Shown here: one piece after another, positions 19,501 through 31,000 of the stretch
Layout: every line of letters starts with the position of its first letter
Position numbering within the stretch: position 1 is the first letter of the stretch
DNA from: Trypanosoma brucei
Taxonomy: Eukaryota
Assembly: GCA_000002445.1 (NCBI GenBank)
Contig: CP000071.1
Location: forward strand, 2,016,001-2,080,000
Length of the DNA stretch: 64,000 bases
Direction of reading: 5' to 3'
Program-made: the position numbers and the translations under genes
Notes under the pieces: model-generated
Told to the model about the DNA's origin: nothing
Seen by the model: the letters and a program-made list of their open reading frames with translations, nothing else
Databases searched by the model: none

Positions 19501-21164
19501 TCCAGGATGAGAAGGCACACCAAAAGCTGCTCGATGCACAAAAACAAATAGAGTCGCTACTTGCCACCTTGGAGGAGGAGAGGTATCATCATCAGGTGGA
19601 AGTAATGAAGTTAGAGGAGCAAGTGGAGGATCAAAAGTTACAAGAGGAAAAGGCGCAGAGAGCCGTTGATATTGCTAGTGCAAGCCAAAGTCGAGAGATC
19701 TGCATGCTCAGGGCGGAGACGGCGCGCCTGTCTGCACAGTTAGAGGAGGCCCAGAAGGAGAACGAACTAAACAGTGCTCTACGTGACACCATAAGGCAGT
19801 ATGAACGGACGCTCGCTTCGTTGGAGAAAGATGTAGTTGTACGTACAGGTGAATTCAGTGCCTCCCTGCAAACGCTGGCGGACTTGGACGGTTTTTCCAA
19901 TACACTGCTCCTACGCCACAAGCAAGATGTGGAGCAGTTGTTCGAGTTATCGAAAGTGGTGGGAGGAAGCGGTGGCGGATATCTTATAGAGTCAGCAAAG
20001 GCTGCGTCAGAAGGACAGCAGGCCGAGGAAGTAGACGCGAGTACTGCAGAGGGGACTGTGAAGAAGCAAGAGCAGCAAAACAGTGGGGAGCTGCAGCAGC
20101 GGCTGAGCGAATCGCAACAGCTTGTGGACTCGCTGCTCTCTACGCTGGAGAAGATCAACGAACAACACAAGAAGGAGGTGACTGAGCTGCAGCAGCACTT
20201 GAAGGAGCATCGGCGACGGGAGGAGAAAATGCAGAAAGCAGCCGCTGCCGCGCGTGCAAACTATGAGCGAGAAATGTGTGTGCTACGGGCGGAAGGAAAG
20301 CGACTCACTGCCCAGGTTGAGGAGCTCATGGCGAGTACCAGTACTGCTGAGCAGAAGCGGGAGTTAGTGGGGCTGGAAACACAGAAGCAACTGGAAGAGG
20401 CACACAACGAGGTGAAAGGGCTTAAAACGGAGCTGAAGACAATGGCGATGCATCATGCCATTGAGTGTGACCGCCTCCGCACAACGGTCGACGAGCAACG
20501 AACCACTATTGAATCACTAAAGAAGGGGATATGCGGTAGCCACAAGGATGGTACCGGCTATGGACTTGCAACCGGCGATTTGCTGCAGCTTATGGAGGAG
20601 ATGGTTGGCTTGGCCTGTGAGCATACGAACGAAAAGGCGCAGTTGTATTTAACGTGCTGCGCAGGGGAGTGGTTCAGGCAAGAGTGCATAGAGGGCGAGA
20701 GGAGGTACAGCAGGGGCGCATCGGAGTTACGTGAGTGCATGGAACTGTTGTTAACGACACTCGGCCGAACCAATGCCCAATACCAAAAGGAAAAAGATGA
20801 CAATGAAAAACAAATGGAGGCATTGCAGCAACTGATTCGGCAGCAGCAGCAGCAAAATGATGCCGAACAAGAAGCAGGGGCAGAGGAAGGGTGCAAACGG
20901 CCCACAGAGTGTCCGCTGCGTTCTTCTGCAGGCGCAGAGGGTGGAGTTACATCATCTCAGCCATGGCTTTGCTGTCGTTGCGATTCGCCACTGCAGCGTG
21001 AAAGGAGCAAAGCGGAGGTAGTTCAATCTATTGCCCGTTACTCCGATATGTTACAACAACAACACGACAAAAATCGCAGCCGGCTTGAGCAACTCAACAA
21101 ACTCGTGGCCCAGGTCGATGAGCTTATGGAGTATGGCCGCTCTCTTTCCCTCCCCGAGCAATAA
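16599..21164 (+). CDS. large coiled-coil protein (1,521 aa)
   Basis: The ORF track starts at a TTG at 16584. The first ATG is at 16599 ('MEELVDVLK'). Most of the sequence is heptad-like and rich in Q, E, R and L ('LQLEQLQAQQEKERATQKRIESQLASVRESRDRYEKEVEVLQRR...'). It resembles cytoskeletal, flagellar or basal-body coiled-coil proteins. Confidence 0.65.
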   Translation: MEELVDVLKRAQSAVLHAQYDLIQLRHLQDEGKEAIKTSADYVNNDALLHQLRAQSKQEDAVQHLERGVRLMRNLLKDPIQQKPNNNAVPQEAPQQQQQTERSEQELKINAVKQAMQRYIEGQRNLKQQWEWELHAKLTAKDDCIDEVRHNAADLVRRVTERRVLARALHKWRRRTASLVAGCERNIVAQELGRMRTTLAKSFAAARAVVVLRQRCFHRWHLQMMRSLMRKEQQKHEELSMKLQHAEEELQRQHDVLIEALDAKRPDAGLKLQRQQHEEILRLRSVVDGMVREFKERTDTYIRQQEELSQYYEERQAMLMEEVVIAEVRRQQQDEVLRCRVFETSKHKQWTEALCGLVADCVKEKALALYNEALAANNDSNQYCNELEALLLQQRHEVIESLKARVQELERRCAEAGELLDGCNNELHERNIVIRSLKETFSQRLLRVTTTQRMHGYWVLWQRHAEVRRQNRRLHDERIVAQQQRLVVMEEMDRRCIIQLEDSALKLVGSWRSCSQAEVLSEETLAELSETSTLCASLQEEVGQLRSYNAELLDTQNAQVSAWFASKLECLLEAEHARRMELRYSELRTRKALDRMTADHNTAVMRQKCAAMQVQLDNSLKQLHHVGALVAEYCARSAFNCWLLSTERRRHKRVADKTRSCITIGSVRSLDESTQHTISAPSKESGSLQMQPHHSGWDNASEVLLQRGQGVDQQSNVTNMERLRYSTTSGVSSSPTETCVRVGDVEQLMGVCHPPWTPLVAVSGDPHKSPGGIQLNSVMHFILAERDTVIEYTHNVASAVWSAAADAIVAQQCAHKAIVEELQQYQSFLEKRIAVSGAADAEAPYQQQEAADRIKFLQEQWEKSESNTNNLRLQLEQLQAQQEKERATQKRIESQLASVRESRDRYEKEVEVLQRRVGEQWEHNELVKEKLLASQQDIKSLQAKIEEEKNRYKEDVGALRRRIDEYKVQDEKAHQKLLDAQKQIESLLATLEEERYHHQVEVMKLEEQVEDQKLQEEKAQRAVDIASASQSREICMLRAETARLSAQLEEAQKENELNSALRDTIRQYERTLASLEKDVVVRTGEFSASLQTLADLDGFSNTLLLRHKQDVEQLFELSKVVGGSGGGYLIESAKAASEGQQAEEVDASTAEGTVKKQEQQNSGELQQRLSESQQLVDSLLSTLEKINEQHKKEVTELQQHLKEHRRREEKMQKAAAAARANYEREMCVLRAEGKRLTAQVEELMASTSTAEQKRELVGLETQKQLEEAHNEVKGLKTELKTMAMHHAIECDRLRTTVDEQRTTIESLKKGICGSHKDGTGYGLATGDLLQLMEEMVGLACEHTNEKAQLYLTCCAGEWFRQECIEGERRYSRGASELRECMELLLTTLGRTNAQYQKEKDDNEKQMEALQQLIRQQQQQNDAEQEAGAEEGCKRPTECPLRSSAGAEGGVTSSQPWLCCRCDSPLQRERSKAEVVQSIARYSDMLQQQHDKNRSRLEQLNKLVAQVDELMEYGRSLSLPEQ

Positions 21165-21963
21165 CCCTCCAGTTGACGGGAAAAGTCATTTTACGCACAT
21201 TCGGCACTCTTCTTTCTGTGCTTACTTCTGGATGCTGCTCTTCCTTTTTGTGAACATCACCCCCATCCCCGGGGTTGTTTCTCCGGCTTTTGGGCGCAAA
21301 GTGTTTTCAAAAGATGAGAGTTTTGGATTAGATACAACTTTGATAGAACCGTTACTTTTATGGGGAATGTTCATGTTGCTATAGTCACGGCGTGGGAACG
21401 TGTGATCTGTATTCTCCATTTATATATGACTCCTATACACTTCTTCATATATACCCCTTTCCCCATCCGTTATATACATACATCCGCATGTCAGTGACTG
21501 TTCGGCTTTGAAGCATGGCTTCGCTTCCATACACCACGGCCATCTACCGTGTGGCCCCGTGCAAGTTCATTCACTCTGCTTATTCTAAAAATGCTTAACC
21601 TTCGTCATTTTACTTATCGTTATTTTTTTTCTTCGTTTCTTTTTTTGTTGTTTCCTTGCATCCGACATTCTTGTAGGAAACACTGCTGCCAGGTACACTG
21701 TGCGGCAGGAAGGAATTGGGGTGTCACTGTACAGTGAAGACCATAACGCACCCAGGAAGCACGCGTACCACCTAGGGTGAGGTGTGAAGGATAGTTCAAT
21801 AGATCGAGAACACGAGGGAGTCAAGTACAGTCCCGCTTAAATTTACTAAAGTGTGGCTCGCACACAAGTTTATACTAGGCACACATAAATACTTATTGTT
21901 TATAAGGATTTCTCTCGCTCAAGCTGGGATTTACCCACGCACAACGATTGTTGCGGCACAGAG

Positions 21964-24594
21964 ATGGATGATGGACCTGACCCTCTCACCAAGGCGAAGT
22001 TGTACACAGCCATGTCGGACGAGGAATCGTGGGCGGAAATGGGCGTCGGCATTGTGTTTATTGTAATGCGCACCGTGGCCAACGAAGCAGAAGATAGCTA
22101 CGAAGGGGGATGTGGCGATAGGGCGGAGCAAACAGTTGGGTGTCTGGAAATGGTTGATATTGGTAACCCGCGAGAGCTGTTAATCAGTACGCCCATTAGC
22201 CTCGAGGATATCTACGTTGTTCAGCAGGAAACCATTCTCTTGTGGTCAGATGTGGCGCTTGGTCGCCTTCTCTCTTGCAGCTTCAACACAAAAGAGGGAT
22301 GCGATAAGATCTATTCGGAAATATTAGATTACCAGCGCTCACGTCGGCCTCCAACCGAAGTCGGGGGGATGAACAATGGTGGTGACGACGGAGGAGGTCT
22401 TGTAGTCGCTGGGAGTGAGGCTGAGGGCTACATTGATGGGTGTGGAGGACCTCTGGCACTCTGCAGAAACTGGTTGGTATGCCGTGAAAATCTTCCAACT
22501 ATTATTTCTGTGATGCAGACGAACCCACAGCGCTTCGGACTATTCGTTCGGAGTCATGAGACGTACATTAAGGAGTTGGTAGGCCTATTTGAATATTGCA
22601 AAGACGACAACGACCAGCGGGGCATGAACCTCATAGGGACAATCACAACTACACTCTTACATCAACCGTTCTGTACAGACGGGAAAATTATCTCACAATT
22701 TATTGACAGGGAGGTTATTGACAGGGTTCTCCATGTTGTGCAGTTTGCTATTGGAAGGTGTGATAGTCAATCGGGTTTCGTTGACATTGCCCAACGGCGT
22801 GCGACATTTCGTAATCCGCTTATGCTTCCAGAGAGCACTGTGTTGAAGATTCACGAACTGCATGCGTGTAGTTGCCTGAAAGACATGCTTCCAGTCTCCC
22901 TTGATGAGGCGGACGCCAGCCCTTCTTCTCTGCTCAACAATTACATAATGACTAACAAGGGCCAGCTGGTGGACGACATTTGTAGGTCGCGCCGCTTTCT
23001 ACCGGAAGCTTTTGGGCGTGCTTATGACGACGTTAAACTTGCCTTTGAAGTTGTCGCCTTTCTGCATGACATGTGCAGGACAGTGCGAATGGCTGCAATG
23101 CCTATGGAATACAAATTTTCCATATTCGAGTCTATAGTCACTTCCTCGCTCATGCCCTTTCTTCGTTTCGTTGTTTCTGAGGCGGTGGCCTTGTACGGTA
23201 CAACGACATGGGAAGAAAGGCAGCAACAGAGACCAATACCAGCTGACATATCACCAGGAATGGCGCTGTCGATGGTGTGTGATATCATTAGCAACTGCCT
23301 CATATTCTACCCTCCAGGTCGTGCCGCGCTCATCGAAGAAAGTCGCTCTGAGCCTGAAGGCTGCTTACTTGAGTTGTTGCTGCAATGTGTTGTGGTAAGC
23401 TGTAATAATGCTGAGTTGCAGGCGGCGGTGGACGTTGTGGTTTCTTGCGTCACTTGTGCGTATCCGCAATCGGCGGTTAACGTGACGATGAGCACATCGT
23501 CCAAGTGCGACATCATACGATTTTGGTTAGGGGGAGAAGATGGGAAACGTCGGGCGCCGCTACTATTGCTTACGGATTGGCTCATGGACGCCTTACACTC
23601 AATAGACCATGTGGCACGAGGTTCGCAACTGGAGGCACGCATCCTTCACATACTGCGAGTGTTGACAGCACTTGTTGGTGCCGTTGATGGCCCCCTCAGC
23701 CGCTCACTTGCCACCGTGCTACAGCGGTGCGGTCTCCTGCAACGTCTGAATGTCGCACTACAGTCTTCCGTCCGTTCGGCCGCCAACGTGCAGGCGTCTG
23801 TTGCGTCGTTTATTGCTTCGCTGTTGCAGTGTGGCAAACAGTGGATCGTTTCGTTGCTGTTGCTCGACGATGGTGGAGCGCTGCTTGACGCAATCATGGT
23901 TCGCTATTTAGCGTGCAGTCCTAGAAGTAACAGCGTTCTCAGTTCATCGCTTGCCCACATTATTGAATGCGTGTGCCGAGCAATACGTTCTGAAAAGGGG
24001 GACATGCTGCGCCACCCACCATTTCACGGAGGGGTCAATAATCCTTTCGTGCATTTGTTGGGATCCGGCGAAGATGGAAGTTTTCCCATTACTAATGTAA
24101 GTGAGGAGGTTTCTGACACTTACGCGAACAGCAAGAGTATCTGTCAAGACACTGGAAACCGATTGTGGCAAACATACGGCAAGCGCATGAGGCAGCGCTG
24201 CCCTGCTCTTGCAGCCCGTTTGGAGCACTCACTGCTGGAGACACCCGAAGAAGCCGCTTCTGTCGACGCCGATACCTCAAGTGTGGCGAGTACGCTGGAC
24301 CGTGGTCTTTGGGGTGGTAAGGACACCGAGTTTGAGTCGTTGATGGCTGAGTTTGGTGTTGATATTCCGCAGATGAGCCAACAGACGCCACCGGTGGTTT
24401 TTGGAGCGTTTGCCGACCAGTCTCCACCCGAGACTCATAGCACAGCTACTGCACAGCAAAATACGAGCAGAAATGGGTTTCAGTCAAATGACCGTTGTGA
24501 TCAAGAAAATGATAATGAAGAAGGTGACCCATCGAGTGAACCTCCCTCAAAACGGTCTCGATCTGAGTCACCATCTGCAACTGCCGTTGAATGA
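21964..24594 (+). CDS. protein phosphatase 4 regulatory subunit 3 (SMEK/PP4R3)-like protein (876 aa)
   Basis: The N-terminus 'KAKLYTAMSDEESWAEMGVGIVFI' matches the EVH1/RanBD-like start of SMEK proteins ('[22 protein letters not shown]'). The long helical middle could be armadillo-like. The C-terminal tail is acidic and Ser-rich. Moderately confident. Confidence 0.5.
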   Translation: MDDGPDPLTKAKLYTAMSDEESWAEMGVGIVFIVMRTVANEAEDSYEGGCGDRAEQTVGCLEMVDIGNPRELLISTPISLEDIYVVQQETILLWSDVALGRLLSCSFNTKEGCDKIYSEILDYQRSRRPPTEVGGMNNGGDDGGGLVVAGSEAEGYIDGCGGPLALCRNWLVCRENLPTIISVMQTNPQRFGLFVRSHETYIKELVGLFEYCKDDNDQRGMNLIGTITTTLLHQPFCTDGKIISQFIDREVIDRVLHVVQFAIGRCDSQSGFVDIAQRRATFRNPLMLPESTVLKIHELHACSCLKDMLPVSLDEADASPSSLLNNYIMTNKGQLVDDICRSRRFLPEAFGRAYDDVKLAFEVVAFLHDMCRTVRMAAMPMEYKFSIFESIVTSSLMPFLRFVVSEAVALYGTTTWEERQQQRPIPADISPGMALSMVCDIISNCLIFYPPGRAALIEESRSEPEGCLLELLLQCVVVSCNNAELQAAVDVVVSCVTCAYPQSAVNVTMSTSSKCDIIRFWLGGEDGKRRAPLLLLTDWLMDALHSIDHVARGSQLEARILHILRVLTALVGAVDGPLSRSLATVLQRCGLLQRLNVALQSSVRSAANVQASVASFIASLLQCGKQWIVSLLLLDDGGALLDAIMVRYLACSPRSNSVLSSSLAHIIECVCRAIRSEKGDMLRHPPFHGGVNNPFVHLLGSGEDGSFPITNVSEEVSDTYANSKSICQDTGNRLWQTYGKRMRQRCPALAARLEHSLLETPEEAASVDADTSSVASTLDRGLWGGKDTEFESLMAEFGVDIPQMSQQTPPVVFGAFADQSPPETHSTATAQQNTSRNGFQSNDRCDQENDNEEGDPSSEPPSKRSRSESPSATAVE

Positions 24595-25099
24595 ACGTGT
24601 AAACACCTGATGACGTAGGGGGTGACGGTCCGTCTGCATATCTTTGGGGAAACCGTTTCGGGCTTTCCCAACCGCTTTAACAAGTAGTAGCACGCTGCGG
24701 GCTGAGACCGCTTCGTTAAGAAAATTAACCCAACTGGCACCTACTTGGGCCACGCAATGTACGTGCGAAGGTGTTCACCAGTGTTTTCTCGGTGCTTATC
24801 CCTTGCTTTCTTCTCTCTACGTGCTCGCCATTATTTCCGCACCTCTCTTAATATCGTCGGGAACGCGCGCGCAACCAAACACGCCAATGTATCTGTGTTA
24901 GTTCCGTGCTGCCACTTCAAATCGCACTGACTTGGGAGAGCGCAAAGTCTCACATACTCGGTGACCCTTAACGTAGACAAACTGTCGGGAGTCCGAGCTC
25001 GCAAAGTGGATTTCACACACAGGAGGGTGCCACGCCGAGACAGTGTACTTTGTAGGGAAGGGGTAGTCATTTAATTAATTAGGACCTTAAATATAGTAA

Positions 25100-28000
25100 A
25101 TGTCTCTCAGTAGTCCGGTAACGACCATGCGCCCACAGCTGCATGGTATGAAGGAACTTTGCAGGTTCCTTGGTGGGAAGAGGCCAATTGAGAGATTGCT
25201 TATCGCTAACAACGGATTGGCTGCAGTAAAGGGAATCGACTCTGTTCGCTCCTGGTTATACGTGCACACTGGCAATACAGAGGCGGTGGAGTTTACTGTG
25301 ATGGCGACGCCGGAGGACCTTCACGCGAATGCAGAGTTTATTTCTCTCTCAGACAGACACGTTGCAGTCCCTGGAGGCCCCAACAGAAACAACTACGCCA
25401 ACGTTGACATCATTATGCAGACAGCCGTACAGAACTCCTGCAATGCCATCTACCCGGGCTGGGGTCATGCCTCGGAGAATCCGGCGTTGCCCCGCGAATG
25501 TGTGAAAACTGGTGAGAGGGTTATATTTCTCGGCCCCTCTGCAAAAGCGATGTTTGCTTTGGGCGACAAAATTGCGTCGACCATTGTGGCGCAGTCGAAC
25601 GGCGTGCCAACAGTGCCCTGGAGTGGTGATGAGATCCTATTACCACCGGGTGTGTTTGAGGTGGATCCGTTGGTGTATGAAAAAGCGTATATAAGTACTG
25701 CAGAGGAATGTGAAGAACTGTGTGGCCGCCTTGGTTTCCCTGTCATGATTAAAGCCTCGGAGGGCGGTGGTGGCAAAGGTATTCGCCGCTGTCTCCGCAA
25801 GGAGGATGTGCGGGACATGTTTTTTGCCGTCGCAGAAGAGGTAAAGGGCTGCCATATTTTCGTCATGCGTATGTTAGAGAACGTGCGGCATCTCGAAGTT
25901 CAGTTGCTGGCAGATGACTACGGCGACTGTATTGCCGTGCACACACGTGACTGCTCGGTGCAGCGACGACACCAAAAGATCATTGAGGAGGGGCCTGTGT
26001 TTGGTGTGGATGCCTCAATTATCAACGACATGGAGGCAGCAGCCGTGCGTCTCGCCAAGGCTGTAAAATACCGCGGTCTTGGTACGGTGGAGTACATGTA
26101 CGACAAATCCACGCAGAAGTTTTTCTTCTTGGAGCTCAACCCGCGTATACAGGTTGAACACCCCGTTTCAGAGCTTGTGTCTGGTGTGAACCTTCCGGCT
26201 GCGCTGCTGTGTGTTGGCATGGGAGTTCCGCTTCACAGAATCCCGGAGGTACGAACTTTCTTCGGAGAGCAACCGTACGATACCTCGCCGATAGATTTCA
26301 CCCGGCGCCGCTGTCTTGCGGCGAAAGGTCACACCATCGCCGTACGCGTTACGGCAGAGGACACAGATGAAGGCTTCCGTCCAACGTCGGGCCGTGTGGA
26401 AGAGATTGCTTTCAAAAACAGCAAGGAATGCTGGGGTTATTTTTCCGTTGGTGCGGGTGGGGAGATACACCAGTTTGCAGATTCACAATTTGGACACATT
26501 TTTTCTTCTGCGGAAACGCGTGAGGAAGCGCGACGTGGGATGGTGATGGCCCTGCGTAACCTTGTTATTCGTGGTGAAATACATACGTCCGTGTCATACG
26601 TCTTGGGGCTTCTTGAGAGGCCCGAATTTTGCAACTGTGACGTCAGTACGGATTGGCTAGACCGCCTTATATCCGCGCGAATTCTGCAGAGTGCGCAGCA
26701 TAACCAGCAAGATGTATACATCGCTCTTACTGCAGCGTGCACACTGCGGATGCTATCGAAGCGAGATGAAAACCACGGCAGGTACGTTTCATTTCTCAGT
26801 GCGGGGCACGTTCCCACAACTGAATTCTTGAGCAACTACGAATCGGAGTCGTACGTCAATAGATCCACAAACTTTAACGTCACCATGGGTCTAACAAGCC
26901 CAACCGAGATATCTATTTCTCTTAACGGCAGTGTGATCTCTGTTCCGTTTCGTAAGTTGAAGTCTGGTGCGCTGCAGCTCCGTGTGGGAGGAAAAACAGC
27001 AATTGCGTACGCAGAGAAAGAACCATCAAGTCTGCGCATTTCTATTGGTGGAAAGGAAACAACATTCACAGGTGACATTGATCCGACTAAGTTGTTTGCT
27101 GCGGTTCCCGGTCGGTTTGTTCGGTACCTTGTGTGTGATGGGGGTCATGTGGAAGAAGGAACTATTGTGGCAGAGGTGGAAGTGATGAAGATGATTTTGC
27201 CACTGAGGGCGTCAACAGTGGGTGCGCTGCACCACAAAGTAGCCCCTGGTAGCACCATTGCCTTGGGTACGCTGGTTGCGGAAATAACCCCGGACGACCC
27301 AAGTAAGGTTGCACGACCGAGGGAAGCGACAGAGCCGTGGCCGCCAGAACTGCTTGATGCTGCAGATAAGGAAGACCAGATGGAGCGCCTCGACAGCTTA
27401 GCCCGAGCGCGGCGTGGAGCAGAGGCGTTGTGGAATATGTTACGTGGGTATCACTTTAGCGGTATCCCACTGGACCGACGGCTTAAGTCGGCTTTCTCAG
27501 ACCTTGGAGCGCTCAGCCTTTCCTCAGTGTCGCTCACTGCGCTTAACTTACCATTTATTTCGGAGAGGGTTGTCGGTTCTGACCACGCAACGCCGAACTA
27601 TAAACTCCGCGTCGTTTTGGAGACGCTCATTTCCGAGTATGTGGAGGTCGAGCGCTCATTTGTGAGGTGCAACCGGCAGGAAGCTATTCATCAAGTGCGT
27701 GAAACTACAGGAGATACGCGGAAGGTATTTGAGATTGACTTTGCTCATAATCAGCCCTCTCACCACGGTGTCATTAAGGCCGTGCTGAATACCTTGGAGA
27801 ACAATATGGTACTGTTAAAGTCTCTCATGCCCTCACTTTCCACCCTGGTAAATTTGCGCTCCACTGGCGATGGGACACTTCAGATGCAAGCTCGTTACTT
27901 ACTCCGACAGTGCAGTCTTCCTTCCTTCGTGGAGCGCAAGATCGCCTTCACAAGGGAACTAGAGGAGGGTTCCATGATGGACCTCATCCAGGGAAGCTAT

Positions 28001-31000
28001 GGTACTGATTTGCTTTGCGCTACTATGTTTGACCGGCAGGTGCCACACCTTATACAGTTGTGCCTCGAGTTCCATGTGCAGCGTGAGTACTTTGGTCAGA
28101 GTCGGATCACGAACCTTGACGTCTGTACGAGGGATGGATGCTGGTATTGCTATTATGAATATGAACCACTCGAAGAGCATGACCCGCTGCTGGCTGGTGT
28201 ACTTCACTGCCACGCCCCGGATGCAACGGCCGGTAGTGCTGAGAACCAGGGTGCCGGTGTTGTTCTGATGCTTCCCGACGTGAAGGTGCTTCAGAAAACG
28301 TGGGCGGAGACGCTCAACTTAAACTTGCAGCAGACGTCTCGGTGCCCTTCTGTGTGCACAGTCTTTGTTTCGGTCTGCAGGCAATTTACGGAAGAGGAGG
28401 TCGCGCGTTTGTGCGAGGGTGCGCTGAGGGACAATGCGGAAGCACTCAGGCAGCATGTGAAGCTGGAGCGCGTCACATTTATTGTGCATGGTGTTGACCG
28501 TGGCCCCCGTACATTCACTTATCGTAGTGCCCATGACTGGCGCGAGGACACACTGATCCGAAACGTGGCACCGCTCTCCGCACGCCGGTTAGAGCTGCAA
28601 CGTCTTGAAAACTATGATGTGGTTATGTACCCGACACCCTTCAAGGAGATTCACGTGTTCCACGCCACACCCAAAAAGAAAAGTGTTTCATTTCTTGAGC
28701 ACCGCATCTTTGCGCGCGCATGCGTGACTCCCCGCGACTTGGGTGTTGCACCATGGACAGTGATGAATGAAATTGACGCAGGGCATATGTTTGACATATG
28801 CCTCGATGCACTTGATGTCATACGTAGTGACAGCACTATCAAGTACCCGAAGCACAATCATCTTTTCATAAAAATGGTTGAACTAACTTTTGACCTGAGC
28901 AGCTTGAGAAAGGTGTTGTCGCAGGTGGGAAAATCGTACAAGTGGCGGACGATGCATCTTGGTGTGGCCGAAGTGGAGCTGTCCTTCCTTCTTCCCGTTT
29001 CCAGTGGATACGTTCCGTTCCGTGTCATCGTGTCATCTTCTTCGGGGGCCAGCGCGGCTATGCGCATCTACCACGAGTGGAATGAGGGTGGAAAGCCATG
29101 CCTACGTCGAGCGCAGAACTCTGAGGACATTCTCATGAACTCTCTTTACACGTCGTCTGACAGCGTGCAGGAACAGGCAGCTGACGCGCAAAAGGTAGAG
29201 CCCCCTTCAGGGTGCCCTGCCGGCGCCGTCGGGGGTACTTTAACTCGTGCCCTGGCAAAACTAGAAGCGCTGCGGAGCCTGCTTCCTTCACGGGGTGATG
29301 AAGGAGACGCGATTGATGACGGTGAAGAGTGCATTCCATTACAACCGTACCCATTGTTGAATGCAAAGCAGCTTAAACGGCTACAAGCCTGGATGATCCA
29401 CACGGTGTACGTGCACGATTGGCCAGAACTTCTTCAGTATGCTTTGCGTGAAGAATGGAAGCAGCATGCACGTGGCCGCAGATTTCCGCTCTCGCGTATT
29501 CCCCCTTCTGTTCTTAAGGCCACAGAACTCTATCTCGATCCAGCGGACAAGAAGACCCTTCTTGAAGAAAAACCACAGGGTCACGTTCCATGTGGAGTCA
29601 TCGTGTGGTTGGTTGACATAAACCCGCCTTCATATTATGACAGTGAATCTAACATTGCGGGAAGCCGTCGGTTTGTGATGGTTGCCAATGACATTACTTT
29701 TCAGTCGGGTTCCTTTGCTGTGCCAGAGGACGATGTCTTCTCCGCGGCCTCTGTTTTAGCCCGGCAGTTGCGCATCCCGTTTGTGTATATTAGTGCAAAC
29801 AGTGGTGCGCGTATCGGCCTAAGCGCCGAGGTGAAGAAAAGGTTCCGTGTTGCCTTTAACGATGCGGAGGAAGCGGAGTATTTATACCTCGTGCAATCTG
29901 ATTACGATGAACTGGTGAGCCGTGGCGTGCGGCTTGCGGTGGAGAAGTTGGAACCACGACAAGTGGAAGGTGACGAGGGGGGCGAAGTGAGGTATGTCAT
30001 ACGTGGTGTCGTTGGTGGGACAGAGGAGTACTTGGGTGTCGAAAACCTTCGTGGGTCGGGGCTCATTGCTGGCCACATGTCAAAGAACTACAGCAATGTA
30101 CCGACGATCAGCATTGTGACCGGCAGAAGTGTTGGAATTGGCGCGTACCTCAACCGTATCGGACGTCGAGTTATTCAGACCGGTGATGCCCCCCTCATAT
30201 TGACAGGCGCGGCTGCACTCAACAGACTTCTCGGAAAGGAGGTGTACAGTGACAACAGTCAACTTGGCGGGCGGCAAGTGATGGTTCCTAACGGTGTAAC
30301 ACACTGGTATGCGAAGAACAACCGCCTGGCAGCTGAGACACTCCTGCGCTGGCTCGATTATGTCCCACCCGTCGTACATCCACTGCGTTGTTCTCCACGT
30401 ATCCTTGCGCTGCGACAGCCAGATCCTATTGACCGAGACGTGACTTATGAACCCAGTGGTGTGGAGTCTTACGACCCACGGGGGTTGGTCCGAGGTGTGG
30501 GTGACAAATTGGGGCTGTTCGATCGCGATTCCTGGGTTGAGTCACTGGAAGGTTGGGCCAAGACCGTTGTTACGGGCCGAGCAACACTTGGTGGTATTCC
30601 ATGCGGTATTGTTCTCGTCGAAACGCGGCCAACGCGCAAATGCAAACCAGCAGACCCCGCGGACCCAACGTCGTCAGAGGCCTTTGTCGCACAGGCAGGG
30701 CAGGTTTGGTTCCCGGATTCAGCACGAAAGACGGCGGACGCGCTGGACGACTTCCACCGGGAGCGGCTGCCATGTTTCATCTTCGCGAACTGGCGAGGTT
30801 TTTCAGGTGGCATGCGGGACATGTTTGAAGAGGTGCTAAAGTTTGGCGCCTCCATCGTTGACAACCTCCGCGTGTACAACTGCCCGGTATTTATTTACAT
30901 CCCACCGCGCGGTGAGCTACGCGGTGGAGCTTGGGTTGTTGTCGATCCATCCATCAACCACTGTGGTGCAGTGGAGATGTACTGTGATGGTAGTGCCCGT

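Noticed and set aside
24608-24703. Possible C/D-box snoRNA-like arrangement ('ctgatga' at about 24608-24614 and 'ctga' at about 24700) just after the stop codon of the PP4R3-like gene
   Set aside because: The motifs are short and common. Flanking nucleotides do not form the terminal stem expected of a C/D snoRNA. There is no D'/C' pair and no tandem snoRNA-cluster organisation. It is too weak to call.
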